Positions 30,276 through 41,605 of a stretch of DNA of 64,000 nucleotides are shown in pieces. How positions within the stretch are numbered: the first letter of the stretch is position 1; the number at the start of each line of letters is the position of its first letter. A model generated the notes under the pieces. The model did no database searches and was not told the origin of the DNA. It saw nothing but the letters and a program-made list of their open reading frames with translations. Source of the DNA: Candidatus Dormiibacterota bacterium. GTDB lineage: Bacteria > Chloroflexota > Dormibacteria > Aeolococcales > Aeolococcaceae. The stretch covers positions 512,001 through 576,000 of the forward strand of contig CAVPXI010000007.1 in the NCBI GenBank assembly GCA_963709585.1, written 5' to 3'. The translations under genes were made by a program, and so were the position numbers.

Positions 30276-31319
30276 TCAGCCCAGAGGGGTGGGCCGCGCC
30301 TCTCCTTTTGATGCCAGCTCGACCGGGTCGCGGCGGCGGCGCAATTTCGCGAGATTGTGCTCCGCGTCGATGTAGCGCGAGGTTCCTGAATACGATCGCA
30401 TGACCAGGCTCTGGGTGTGGCAGCGGTCCTCCCCGAGGAACCGAACCCCTTCGAGGAGCTCGCCGCTGGTGATCCCGGTGGCGGCGAAGAACACGTTGTC
30501 GCCGGAGACGAGGTCGTCCAGCTCGAGGACGTCGCCCGCGTGCTTGCCCTCCTGCTCCTCGACGGCGCGCTCCGCCTCGCCGACCCAGATACGCGCCTGC
30601 ATGCCGCCACCGATGCACTTGATGGCGCAGGCGGCGAGCACCGCCTCGGGCGCGCCCCCGATGCCCATCAGCACGTCGATACCGGTGCGTTGCTCCATCG
30701 CGGCCATAAGCCCCGCCGCCACGTCGCCGTCCATGATCAGCTTCACCCTCGCGCCGGCGGATCGGATCTCCTCGAGGAGGGTCTCGTGGCGCTCGCGATC
30801 GAGCACCACCACGGTCAGGTCCTCGACCCGGCGATCCTCCGCCCGGGCGATCCGTTTGAGGTTCTGCGCCACCGGGACGGTGATGTCGATCACCCTCGCC
30901 GCGGCCGGGCCGACGATCAACTTCTCCATGTAGTGAAGATGGGTGTGGAACATCGAGCCCCGCTCCGCGAGCGCCACGGTCGCGATGCCGCCGGGGATGC
31001 CGCGCGCGACCAGGCGCGTGCCATCGATCGGATCGACGGCGACGTCGACGGCCGGAGGATTGCCGTTGCCGACCTGCTCACCGATGTAGAGCATGGGCGC
31101 CTCGTCCTTCTCACCCTCGCCGATGACCACCACGCCGTCCATGTCGACGAATCCGAGGCTCCGGCGCATCGAGTCGACGGCGGCCTGGTCGGCCTGCTCT
31201 TTCTGATTACGCCCCATGTGCCGGGCGGCGGCCATCGCCGCCCCCTCGGTGACGCGGACCAGCTCGAGCGCAAGGTTGCGGTCGATGGGCGTCCCCAGGT
31301 CGCGCGGCCGCGTTCCCAT
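30276..31319 (-). CDS. glpX: Fructose-1,6-bisphosphatase class II
   Basis: LELVRVTE, IGEGEKDEAPML, VDPIDGT, YMEKL, DGDV, ATGITSG. Confidence 0.96.
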   Translation of the reverse strand: MGTRPRDLGTPIDRNLALELVRVTEGAAMAAARHMGRNQKEQADQAAVDSMRRSLGFVDMDGVVVIGEGEKDEAPMLYIGEQVGNGNPPAVDVAVDPIDGTRLVARGIPGGIATVALAERGSMFHTHLHYMEKLIVGPAAARVIDITVPVAQNLKRIARAEDRRVEDLTVVVLDRERHETLLEEIRSAGARVKLIMDGDVAAGLMAAMEQRTGIDVLMGIGGAPEAVLAACAIKCIGGGMQARIWVGEAERAVEEQEGKHAGDVLELDDLVSGDNVFFAATGITSGELLEGVRFLGEDRCHTQSLVMRSYSGTSRYIDAEHNLAKLRRRRDPVELASKGEARPTPLG

Positions 31320-31329
31320 TAGCTCGCGA

Positions 31330-32187
31330 TCATACGGTGCGGGTCCCGCGCAACCCATCGGTTCCGTACGCCACGATCGCGGCGGCGGCGCAGCCGATGC
31401 CCTCCGAGAGCGCCGCCTCGAACGTGGCGTTGTCAGCGCGCTCGGCGTGAGCAACGTGCCCGAGGAATCCTCCCGCCAGAGCATCGCCGGCGCCGGTGGG
31501 ATCGACGACCTGCGCGACTGGTGCGGCGGGCGCTTCGACCATGCCCGCCGCGGTGATGCACGCGGCCCCGAGTGGGCCCCGCTTGACCACGACTGCGCGC
31601 AGCCTGCCTGTGCCGCAGAGGACGGCGGCCGCGGTGCGCCAGTCGTCGCTCCCGCTCAGCGCAGCCAGCTCGGCGGCGGTGAGGAACAGGACGTCAACCT
31701 GCTCGATCAGGGATCTGACCTCGGACGGCCGGCTGTCGATGAAGACGGTCATGGAATCGAGGCCGATCACCCTCGCGCTCGACTGATCCATCACGACTCG
31801 CTGGACGCGCGGGTCCATGCTCCCGACGAAGAGCACCTGGGCCCGGCGTGAGCTCTCCGGGAGCACCGGCTGCCACTCCGGATCGCACCCGGGCTCGGAG
31901 GACTCCTCGGATGTGACCCAGCGCTCGAAGTCGTGCACGGCGTGCCAGCGAAAGGTCGGGGACTGGCTCTCCACCAGACCCTCAAGGTCAATGTTCGGGT
32001 GCTCGAGAATCCGGCGGAACTCGACGATGGTGTCAGTGCCCACGATGCCGTTGACGAGCACGGGTGCGTAGCGCGCAGCCGCAAGCGTGCAATACACAGC
32101 AGACCCGCCGAGCGTGTCCCGCCTGCCGGCAGGGGTGGTCAGGTCGTCGCTGTGAAGCGTCCCTGCGACCGCGACCTCCCAGGTCAC
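31330..32187 (-). CDS. PfkB-family carbohydrate/nucleoside kinase
   Basis: LGGSAVY, VVKRGPLG, VVDPTGAGDALAGG. Confidence 0.9.
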   Translation of the reverse strand: MTWEVAVAGTLHSDDLTTPAGRRDTLGGSAVYCTLAAARYAPVLVNGIVGTDTIVEFRRILEHPNIDLEGLVESQSPTFRWHAVHDFERWVTSEESSEPGCDPEWQPVLPESSRRAQVLFVGSMDPRVQRVVMDQSSARVIGLDSMTVFIDSRPSEVRSLIEQVDVLFLTAAELAALSGSDDWRTAAAVLCGTGRLRAVVVKRGPLGAACITAAGMVEAPAAPVAQVVDPTGAGDALAGGFLGHVAHAERADNATFEAALSEGIGCAAAAIVAYGTDGLRGTRTV

Positions 32188-32200
32188 GTCCGGAGAAGCG

Positions 32201-32605
32201 TCAGCCCGCGGCCGCGGTTCGGTTTCGCTCGCCGAAAAGCGGAATGATCGGGGCCAGGCGCGGACGTCGCGACTCGAGCGCGCGCATGAGGAGAATTTCC
32301 TGCGCCTCGAACAGAATGTCGGCAACGTGGTTCGGGTCGCGGTCGATGCCGAGCCGGTCGCGCATCCCCGGATCCACCGCGCCGACAGCGCGGACCACTG
32401 CGCTCCAGAGCGCGGCGGGTATCAAGCGGAAGGACCGGAGACGGCATTCCTCGATGAGGTCGATGAGCACGTCGGCCTCGCGGACGCGGAGCCGGGTGCG
32501 CGAGATGCGCTCGCGGCGGAACGCTGCCTCACGCTCGACGCGAGCGATTTCGAGGCAGGTCCGTTCCATCGGACCGGGCTGCGAGCGCGTGGCGGCGGCG
32601 TGCAT
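32201..32605 (-). CDS. Hypothetical protein
   Basis: 134-aa helical-looking ORF in line with its neighbours; no motif recognised. Confidence 0.6.
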   Translation of the reverse strand: MHAAATRSQPGPMERTCLEIARVEREAAFRRERISRTRLRVREADVLIDLIEECRLRSFRLIPAALWSAVVRAVGAVDPGMRDRLGIDRDPNHVADILFEAQEILLMRALESRRPRLAPIIPLFGERNRTAAAG

Positions 32606-32656
32606 CAGCGGATTGTCCCACGCCCGGCTGAGAGTGCGAAGTTCGGTTGACTGCTG

Positions 32657-33289
32657 TTACACCGGGTAGCAGATCGACCGCCAGCGGCCACCACCGGGGA
32701 CGAGGTGCACCACCCGCCGGATCCGGGCCACCGGGTCCGGGTCGCCAACCTCGTACTCCACGTCGAGCTCGGCGACGTCGCGGTACGTCCTGCCGCGTGA
32801 TGTTTCGGTCCACTCCGGAAGGTAGCGCACCTCCTTGACACTCACTCCGCGCAGACGGCGCATCGACGAAGCGCCCTGCGCCTCCGCGAATGCTTCCGGT
32901 GAGCCCCAGCTGATCTGGCAGTCCTCGCTCAGGAGCGAAAAGGCGCGACGGTACTGGTTCGCGCGCATCAACTCGACGAAGAGGGCTTCGCTGAACGCCG
33001 GGTTGCCGGGAGGCCGGGTGCCGAGCGGCGCGCGACCGCGTTCGTGCGCGTCGACCAGCGCCGCGGCACGCCGCGAGGTGACATTGGCGGTCTCGCTCCC
33101 GGCCCAGAACGCTCGCGTTTCCTCGTCGACCTGTGTGGCTCGCGGCGCGGGTGCACGGGTCGCGGGCGGTGCTGACGTCGCGACGTCGCGGCGATCCGGA
33201 CGGCGCAACCAGCGAATGAAGCGGCTTCCGTCGAAACGCCCACGACGGGAACGCTCGGTGCCGATCAGGACGTGGGGTGGCAGCGGCAT
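32657..33289 (-). CDS. Hypothetical protein (possible NTF2-like C-terminus)
   Basis: QYRRAFSLLS..WGSPEAF; TACACT -10 upstream. Confidence 0.6.
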   Translation of the reverse strand: MPLPPHVLIGTERSRRGRFDGSRFIRWLRRPDRRDVATSAPPATRAPAPRATQVDEETRAFWAGSETANVTSRRAAALVDAHERGRAPLGTRPPGNPAFSEALFVELMRANQYRRAFSLLSEDCQISWGSPEAFAEAQGASSMRRLRGVSVKEVRYLPEWTETSRGRTYRDVAELDVEYEVGDPDPVARIRRVVHLVPGGGRWRSICYPV

Positions 33290-33370
33290 CGCCTGACGCC
33301 AGTGTACGCGGCCCGATCGAGGCGGTGAAAGCAGGCATACGGGCAGGCCGTTTGCCTACGATGCGCGTTC

Positions 33371-33748
33371 ATGCCGCAAGCCCGTGCCCGCATCCTGATC
33401 GCCGAGGATGAGGCCGCCGTCGCGCAGCAGGTCATCAATCGATTCACCGTGCTGGGCCACGACGTCCGCTGGGCGAAGGCGGTGCGCGAGGTGCGTGAGG
33501 ACCTCTCCGCTTTCGAGCCCGACGTGCTCATCCTGGACGCGACCCTCGACACCGATGGGCTGGAGCTTTTTCAGGCGATCCGCTTCGCCCCGGAGCACCC
33601 TCGCGCGGGCGTGGTCATTCTCACCGCCGCGGGCGACGTCGGCGCCAGGGAGCGTGCGCAACAACTCGGCGCCGCGGCGGTGATGATGAAACCGGTGCGC
33701 AACGATGAGCTCGTGGAGATCGTCGAAGACCTCCTGACCTACATCTGA
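33371..33748 (+). CDS. Single-domain response regulator (receiver)
   Basis: ILIAEDE, PDVLILD, VILTA, MKP. Confidence 0.9.
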   Translation: MPQARARILIAEDEAAVAQQVINRFTVLGHDVRWAKAVREVREDLSAFEPDVLILDATLDTDGLELFQAIRFAPEHPRAGVVILTAAGDVGARERAQQLGAAAVMMKPVRNDELVEIVEDLLTYI

Positions 33749-33760
33749 CCGGCCGCGAGG

Positions 33761-34303
33761 TCAGCGCGCCAGCGCCGCCAGGACGATGATCATGACGCTG
33801 CCGCCGATCCAGAGCCCGAGCGTCGCCCACACGTAGACCGGGACGGTCGCCGTCTGGTCGTACCAGGTGACCACCCGCCGCTCGGTCATGATCACGATCG
33901 CGAGCGCGTCGAGGAGCACGAAGATCAGCGTGACCACGAGTCCGGTCACATCGACCCCGTTGCCCACGACTGCCCCGACTGCCACCGAGATGGCGGCGAG
34001 GGCGATCGCGGTCCCGAGCGTGCCGATCTGGGTCTGGCGCACCCACGCCCGTTTTCGGGTGAGCAGCGACGCGACGATGATCAGCGTCGCCGCATAGGAG
34101 GCCGACGACACCGCCGCGATCACCTGCGCCGCCAGGGGCAGGCTGGCGGTGCCGCCGGTGGCGGTGGCCACGCCGCCCGCGAACGGCGCGAGTGCTCCGA
34201 AGAGGGCGAGGATCGCCAGGGCGAGATCCCACGTGTACACGAACAACACCGCGCCCGGGCGGCGCTCCTGCTCGTCGTCTCGCGACGTGACCGAGTTCGG
34301 CAC
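33761..34303 (-). CDS. Hypothetical integral membrane protein
   Basis: About five hydrophobic helices. Confidence 0.7.
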   Translation of the reverse strand: MPNSVTSRDDEQERRPGAVLFVYTWDLALAILALFGALAPFAGGVATATGGTASLPLAAQVIAAVSSASYAATLIIVASLLTRKRAWVRQTQIGTLGTAIALAAISVAVGAVVGNGVDVTGLVVTLIFVLLDALAIVIMTERRVVTWYDQTATVPVYVWATLGLWIGGSVMIIVLAALAR

Positions 34304-34365
34304 GCCGCGATGATGGCATCGTGCCGGCGGGTCGCCACTTCCAGGTGGCGACGTACGCTGTTGCG

Positions 34366-35442
34366 GTGACCACCATCGTCGTCCTGCGTGGCGATCAGAC
34401 CGGCCAGGAGCTGCTCGACCAGGCGCTCCGGGTGATCCACCCGGACATCATCGACGTGGAGCTCGAGCTGAAGACATTCGACCTCTCTCTCGAACGCCGC
34501 CGCGAGACTCGGAATGCGGTGGTCGCGGAGGCGGCCGACGCGATGCGTGCCGCCGGCTTCGGGTTGAAGGCCGCAACGGTCACGCCGACCGACCGCTCCG
34601 ACGTGGGCAGTCCCAACGCCCTGCTCCGCGAGCGAGTCGGCGGACGCGTGATCCTGCGCACCGGCCGGCGTATCCCGGGCGTGGCCGGGATCGCCGGGGT
34701 CAGCGCACCCATCAGCATCGTGCGCATGGCCGTCGACGATGCCTACAGCGCACGCGAGTGGCGCGAGCAGAGCGACGGCGACGAGATCGCATACCGCACC
34801 GAGCACATCTCGCGGGCCACGTGCAGGGCGGTCGCCGAGTTCGCCTTCGTCCACGCGGCACGCGCCCATGCCCGGGTCTTCGGCGGCCCCAAGTTCACGG
34901 TGTCGAGGGTGTACGAGGGCATGTTCAAGGAGGAGCTCGACGCCGCTGCCGGGCGCCATCCCGAGGTCGACTACGAGCCTCAGTTGATCGACGCCACCTA
35001 TGCGCTGCTCTTCAGCCGTGCCGGTGACGCCCTGGTCATCCCCGCGCTGAACCGCGACGGCGACTGTCTGAGCGACCTCGTGCTTCCGTTGTTCGGCAGC
35101 ATCGCCGGCGCCGAGTCGCTGCTCCTGGGCTTCGACGACGACTCACTCGTCCCCTCGGTGGTGATGGCCGAGGCGCCCCACGGCACCGCCCCGAGCCTGG
35201 AGGGGAAGAACGTCGCCAACCCGATGGCGATGATCCTCGCCGCCGCCGCCCTGCTCGGCTTCGTGTCCGACGCGCGCTGCCGGCGAGCGTCGACGGTTAT
35301 TCACGACGCCGTCTTCGAAGCGCTCCGAGCCGGGATCTCCACCTCCGACCTCGGCGGCCAGGCATCCACGACCAGCTTCACCGACTCGGTGATCGAGCGC
35401 GCACGGGCCGCGATCGCGGCGGCGCCTCCGATCCCGGCGTGA
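34366..35442 (+). CDS. Isocitrate/isopropylmalate dehydrogenase family protein
   Basis: GDQTGQE, GLKAATVTP, GDCLSD, EAPHGTAP, ANPMAMILA, TSDLGG. Confidence 0.9.
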   Translation: MTTIVVLRGDQTGQELLDQALRVIHPDIIDVELELKTFDLSLERRRETRNAVVAEAADAMRAAGFGLKAATVTPTDRSDVGSPNALLRERVGGRVILRTGRRIPGVAGIAGVSAPISIVRMAVDDAYSAREWREQSDGDEIAYRTEHISRATCRAVAEFAFVHAARAHARVFGGPKFTVSRVYEGMFKEELDAAAGRHPEVDYEPQLIDATYALLFSRAGDALVIPALNRDGDCLSDLVLPLFGSIAGAESLLLGFDDDSLVPSVVMAEAPHGTAPSLEGKNVANPMAMILAAAALLGFVSDARCRRASTVIHDAVFEALRAGISTSDLGGQASTTSFTDSVIERARAAIAAAPPIPA

Positions 35443-36623
35443 GCCGCATCCACCTCGACCACGCGGCGACCACGCCACTCGCGCCCCAGGTGCTCGACGA
35501 GATGCTGCCGTATTTGACGACAACTCAGGGTAACCCGTCGTCGGTGCACGGGTCCGGCCGGGCCGCACGCTCGGCCGTGGACAACGCCCGCGACAGGATC
35601 GCTGCGGTGCTCGGATGCGCGCAGCGCGAGATCGTCTTCACCGGGTCGGGCACCGAGGCGGACAACCTCGCGTTGCGGGGCGTGCTCGAGCGCTGGGGCC
35701 CGGAGCTGGGCCGGCACATCGTGGTGACCGCGATCGAGCACGACGCGATCCTCGACACCGCGCGTCATCTCGAGGCTGTCGGTCTGGCCGCGCTCACCGT
35801 CGCCGCCTGCGACCGCGACTGCCGCGTCACCCCCGAGTCGGTGGCGGCCGCGGTCACCGACGAGACCCTGCTGGTTTCCGTCATGTTCGTCAACAACGAG
35901 ACGGGCGCCGTCGAGGATGTCGCCGGGATCGCCGAGGCCGTGCATCGACGCAACCCGAGGACGCTGGTGCACACCGACGCGGTGCAGGCGTTCGGCAGGA
36001 TCCCGGTCCATCCCGATGCGCTCGGCGTCGACCTGCTCACGCTCTCCGCGCACAAAATCTACGGGCCGAAGGGAGTCGGCGCGCTCTGGGTCCGCCACGG
36101 GGTCGCGCTCGCGCCTCAGAGCACCGGGGGTGGCCAGGAGCGCAACCGCCGCAGTGCGACCGAGAACGTGGCCGGGGTCGTCGGGTTTGCCGCCGCCGCG
36201 GAGCTCGCGGAGCGGCTCCGTCACGAGGAGGCCGATCGTCAGGCCACGCTGTGTGGGCGGCTCGTCGCTGCGATCGAAGCACTGGTTCCCGGCGCCATCG
36301 TCACCGCTTCCGGGGCCCGCAAAGCGGCGGGGTTCGCGACCTTTGCCCTCCCGGGCGTCCGGAGCGACGTGTTGCTGGCAGCGCTCGACCTGGACGGCGT
36401 GGAGGCCTCCGCCGGATCCGCCTGCGCGAGCGGAGCGCCGCTGCCCTCCCACGTGCTCAGAGCGATGGGGTATCCGGACGACCTCGCCGCCGGGGCGTTG
36501 CGCTGCACCACCGGCCGCTCGACGACCGCCGAGGACATCGACATGGCTGCCGGGGTCATCGCCGCCGCGGTGGCCAGAATCCGGGACCGGGTGGCCGCGG
36601 GCGCGCCTGCCTTGGGGAGCTGA
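35439..36623 (+). CDS. Cysteine desulfurase, group I (IscS/NifS-like)
   Basis: LDHAATTP, GNPSS, NNETG, HTDAVQ, SAHKIYGPKG, SAGSAC. Confidence 0.94.
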   Translation: MSRIHLDHAATTPLAPQVLDEMLPYLTTTQGNPSSVHGSGRAARSAVDNARDRIAAVLGCAQREIVFTGSGTEADNLALRGVLERWGPELGRHIVVTAIEHDAILDTARHLEAVGLAALTVAACDRDCRVTPESVAAAVTDETLLVSVMFVNNETGAVEDVAGIAEAVHRRNPRTLVHTDAVQAFGRIPVHPDALGVDLLTLSAHKIYGPKGVGALWVRHGVALAPQSTGGGQERNRRSATENVAGVVGFAAAAELAERLRHEEADRQATLCGRLVAAIEALVPGAIVTASGARKAAGFATFALPGVRSDVLLAALDLDGVEASAGSACASGAPLPSHVLRAMGYPDDLAAGALRCTTGRSTTAEDIDMAAGVIAAAVARIRDRVAAGAPALGS

Positions 36624-36632
36624 CCTCACGGG

Positions 36633-37136
36633 TCAGGCTGGAGCGGGAAGGCCGATAGCGGCTCGGAGCGCGGTGGCATCGGTCGTGGCGGTGGCCAGGA
36701 GCGGGATGACCTGCTGCTGGAGGGTGGCGATGACCGCGATCGCCGGGGCCGTCGCGGCCTGCTCGAGCAGCTTCTCGATCGCGACGTCGTCGCCGAGCAG
36801 GTGGGCGGCATCGATGGCGGCGCTGCCGCCGAACGGGATTGCTCGAAGCGCGTTGTCGTAGGCGATGGTCAGCTGCCGCTGCTCGCTGAGCGCGCTCTGG
36901 CAGGCGCCGAGCGCGACCGTCGCGCTGGTGGCGTCGCAGGCGGCGTTCTCGGTGGCGGCGATCTGCGCCTCCACCTGGTTGTAATGGAGGGCGGTCGCGG
37001 CGTAGTGGGCCTGGATCTGGGAGGGCGTCAACGGTGTGGGCGTCGGAGACGATGGGCTCGTCGGCCCCCCACACGCCGCCAGCAGGGCGGCCGTCATCCC
37101 GAGCAGTGTCGTGTAGCGAGCGTGGGGGAATGGCAT
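36633..37136 (-). CDS. Putative lipoprotein
   Basis: Lipobox LLAAC followed by a P/S/T linker. Confidence 0.65.
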   Translation of the reverse strand: MPFPHARYTTLLGMTAALLAACGGPTSPSSPTPTPLTPSQIQAHYAATALHYNQVEAQIAATENAACDATSATVALGACQSALSEQRQLTIAYDNALRAIPFGGSAAIDAAHLLGDDVAIEKLLEQAATAPAIAVIATLQQQVIPLLATATTDATALRAAIGLPAPA

Positions 37137-37199
37137 CGGCGCCCGCCGAGAATATCTCAGCGGCGGCCGGTTCCCTTCTCGAAGCCTGGGCGGGTCGGG

Positions 37200-37227
37200 T
37201 ATAATTCTGACCATGACAGTCGGGATT
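37200..37227 (+). promoter_or_regulatory. -10 element and IscR-type Rrf2 operator of the suf operon
   Basis: TATAAT at 37200-37205 overlaps imperfect palindrome AATTCTGAC-N7-GTCGGGATT, resembling the IscR type-1 site (YYGAC..GTCRR). Confidence 0.7.
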
Positions 37228-37302
37228 CTCTCGAACTCGGGGCGGGGCGCCTCGCACCGGCATACCTCCGATCCTAGCGCACCGCCTGCCGCCTCGTTCT
37301 CG

Positions 37303-37761
37303 ATGCGGGTGAGCTCCAAAGCTCATTACGGCCTGCGCATGATGACCGAGTTCGCCAAGGCCTACGGCGCCGGTCCCCTGAGCATCGCCGAGGTGGCCCG
37401 CGTGGAGCACCTCCCGCTCGCCTACCTCGAGCAGCTCGCCTCCCAGCTGCGCCGCGGTGGCCTCGTCGAGAGCACTCGCGGCGTTCACGGTGGGTATACG
37501 CTCGCCCGTCCCGCGGATCAGATCAGCGTCCTCGATGTCGTCACGGTCATCGAAGGCGAGGTGTCGCCGGTGGAATGCGTCGCCCATGGCTACGTGACCG
37601 GCACCTGCCAGCGTGAGGGTGAGTGCGCGTCGCGCGGCCTCTGGATGCGTCTCAAGCAGAGCATCGACGCGGTGCTCAGCCAGACCACGCTCGCCGAGCT
37701 GGTGACCGATCAATCGCTCATCGACTCGATGGCTCCCGCCTCGGCGGAGCTGGTCCGATGA
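37303..37761 (+). CDS. Rrf2-family (IscR-like) Fe-S sensing regulator
   Basis: YGLR, YLEQL, VESTRGVHGGY, three Cys (ECV..TC..EC); alternative leaderless ATG at 37213. Confidence 0.92.
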   Translation: MRVSSKAHYGLRMMTEFAKAYGAGPLSIAEVARVEHLPLAYLEQLASQLRRGGLVESTRGVHGGYTLARPADQISVLDVVTVIEGEVSPVECVAHGYVTGTCQREGECASRGLWMRLKQSIDAVLSQTTLAELVTDQSLIDSMAPASAELVR

Positions 37762-38516
37762 ACCGGGCCGTCCTCTCGATCTCCGGGCTCCATGCGACTG
37801 TCGAGGGTAAGGAGATCCTCAAGGGCGTCGACCTCGAGGTGGCGCAGGGAGAGATCCATGCGCTGATGGGCCCGAACGGCTCGGGCAAGAGCACCCTCGC
37901 GTACACTCTCATGGGTCATCCCAAATATGTCGTCACCGGCGGTGCCGCCACGTTCGGCGGCGAGGATCTGCTCCCGCTGAGCGCGGATGCCCGCGCGCGC
38001 CTCGGGCTGTTTCTCTGCTTTCAGTACCCGACCGCGATTCCGGGTGTCAGCACCGTGAACTTCCTTCGCGCGGCGCTCCGAGCCCAGGGGAAGGAGATGC
38101 CCGCCCGCGAGTTCCTCAACCGGCTCAGCACCGAGATGCAGGAGCTCAAGATCGACGAGAGCTTCCGCTCCCGTTACATCAACGACGGATTCTCGGGTGG
38201 CGAGAAGAAGCGCTCGGAGATCCTGCAGCTGGCGATGCTGCGCCCCAAGCTCGCGATTCTGGATGAGACCAACTCCGGCCTCGACGTTGACGCGCTGCGC
38301 ACGGTCGCCGACGGCGTGATGCGCCTCTGCGGACCGGACATGGGTGTCCTGGTCATCACCCACTACCCGCGCATCCTCGAACACCTTCACCCGGATCGCG
38401 TGCACGTCCTCCATGACGGGCGCGTGGTCACCTCCGGCGGGGCGGACCTGGCGCGACAGATCGAGCGCGAGGGCTACGAACCAATTCTCGGGACGGCCGC
38501 AGCCGCCACCGCGTAG
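37758..38516 (+). CDS. sufC: Fe-S cluster assembly ATPase
   Basis: [27 protein letters not shown]. Confidence 0.96.
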   Translation: MNRAVLSISGLHATVEGKEILKGVDLEVAQGEIHALMGPNGSGKSTLAYTLMGHPKYVVTGGAATFGGEDLLPLSADARARLGLFLCFQYPTAIPGVSTVNFLRAALRAQGKEMPAREFLNRLSTEMQELKIDESFRSRYINDGFSGGEKKRSEILQLAMLRPKLAILDETNSGLDVDALRTVADGVMRLCGPDMGVLVITHYPRILEHLHPDRVHVLHDGRVVTSGGADLARQIEREGYEPILGTAAAATA

Positions 38517-38526
38517 GAGATTCGCG

Positions 38527-39923
<1,397 letters not shown>

Positions 39924-39927
<4 letters not shown>

Positions 39928-41267
39928 CGACCCCGCTGGCCGATTCGCCCGCAGCGGCGCTCGGGCAAGAGGTCGCGGCGGCCCGGGCTGAGGCATCTCC
40001 GGCGTGGCTCGCGGCGCGCCGCCGGATCGCATGGGACGCCTATGAGGCGATCCCCATGCCCTCGTCGCAACGCGATGAGGACTGGCGGCGCACCGACATC
40101 TCGGCGTTGCATCCCGAGCGTTTCACACCGATCGAACATGTGGACCTGGCGGTTGTCAACGCGATGCGCGCGCAGCGCGACCGGGCGGCCCCCAAGGCGG
40201 CGTTCGTGGTCGACGCTCCGCTGCCGACCCCGAGCGAGGGTGCTGATCCGCTGCTCGCCCAGGGAATCATCATCACCACCCTCGAAGAAGCGGCGATGGT
40301 GCATCCGGAGCTCGTGCAGCGCGCGTTCTCGGCGGTTCGCGTCGACGAGTCGAAGTTCGCGGCACTCTGGAATGCGTTGTGGCGGGGCGGCGTCCTCGTG
40401 TACGTCCCCCGAGGCGTCGAGGCGCTGGTGCCGGTATGGATCGCCCATCCGGCGAGCGGCAGCGACGGCGCCACGTTCCCGTCCACGGTCGTTCTTCTCG
40501 ACGAGGGCGCATCACTCACGGTCATCGATGCGTATGCGTCGCCGTCGGGACCGGCGGCGCTCTTGAGCGACGCCATGGTGCTGCTCTCGGCGGGTCGCGA
40601 CGCGCGACTCGACCACAACACGGTGCAGCAGTGGGGTGAGGGCGTCTGGCACGTCGCCGTGCAGCGGACGGTGCTCGACGCGAACGCGAAGCTCCGCTTC
40701 GCGGGTGTCACCCTCGGCGCCCGGCTCCAGAAGGTCTGGTGGGACGTGATGCTCGACGGTATCGGCAGCGAGGCCGACGTGCTCGGCATCTGCTTCGGTG
40801 ACGGCACCCAGCATTTCGATCACCAGTCGCTGCAGGCACATCGCGGCCCGGAGACGCGAAGCAACCTGCTCCTCAAGGTCGCCGTCCGCGACCACGCGCG
40901 CTCGGTGTATGGCGGCATGATCGACGTCGCGCCGACAGCCGTGCACGCCGACGGCTACGTGGCCAACCGCAACCTCCTGCTCAGCCAGGGCGCCAAGGCC
41001 GACTCCATCCCGCGACTCGAGATCCGCGCCAACGACGTGAAGTGCGGGCACGGCGCCACCGCCGGCCACATCGACTCCGACCAGCGCTTTTATCTCATGG
41101 CCCGCGGCGTGCCGCCCGACGAGGCGAGCTCGCTGATCGTGCGCGGCTTCATGGACGATGTCCTCGACCGCGTCCCCCACCGCGGGTTCGCGGAGCTCGC
41201 GGGAGCGCTGCTCGACGCGGAGATCGCCGGCGGGTCGGTGGCCGGGGTCGCGGCGGAGGTCCGATGA
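39924..41267 (+). CDS. sufD: Fe-S cluster assembly protein SufD
   Basis: [32 protein letters not shown]. Confidence 0.94.
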
Positions 41268-41605
41268 GCGACGGCTGGGTCGACGTGGCCCGAACCAGTG
41301 ACATCCCACCGGGATGCGCCGCACGCGTCGAGATCGACGAGACCCCGGTGGCGATCTTCAACGTCGCCGGGACGTTCTACGCCCTGGATGACACCTGCAG
41401 CCATGCCGAGGCATCGCTCAGCGAGGGCGACCTCGACATCGACCGCTGTGTCATCGAGTGCCCGCTGCACGGTTCGAGCTTCGATCTCCGCACCGGAGAT
41501 CCGCTGTCATTGCCCGCCGTCGAACCGGTGCGCGTGCATCGCATCGAGACCACTGACGACGGCATGCTTCGAATAGCCCTCGCCGACGAGGTTGCCGCGC
41601 AGTGA
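41264..41605 (+). CDS. Rieske-type ferredoxin
   Basis: CSH..LSEG..CPLHGSSFDLRTG. Confidence 0.93.
   Translation: MSDGWVDVARTSDIPPGCAARVEIDETPVAIFNVAGTFYALDDTCSHAEASLSEGDLDIDRCVIECPLHGSSFDLRTGDPLSLPAVEPVRVHRIETTDDGMLRIALADEVAAQ

Noticed and set aside
38260-38285. SufC DETNSG instead of the usual DETDSG
   Set aside because: Single-base difference in an error-prone assembly; not interpretable
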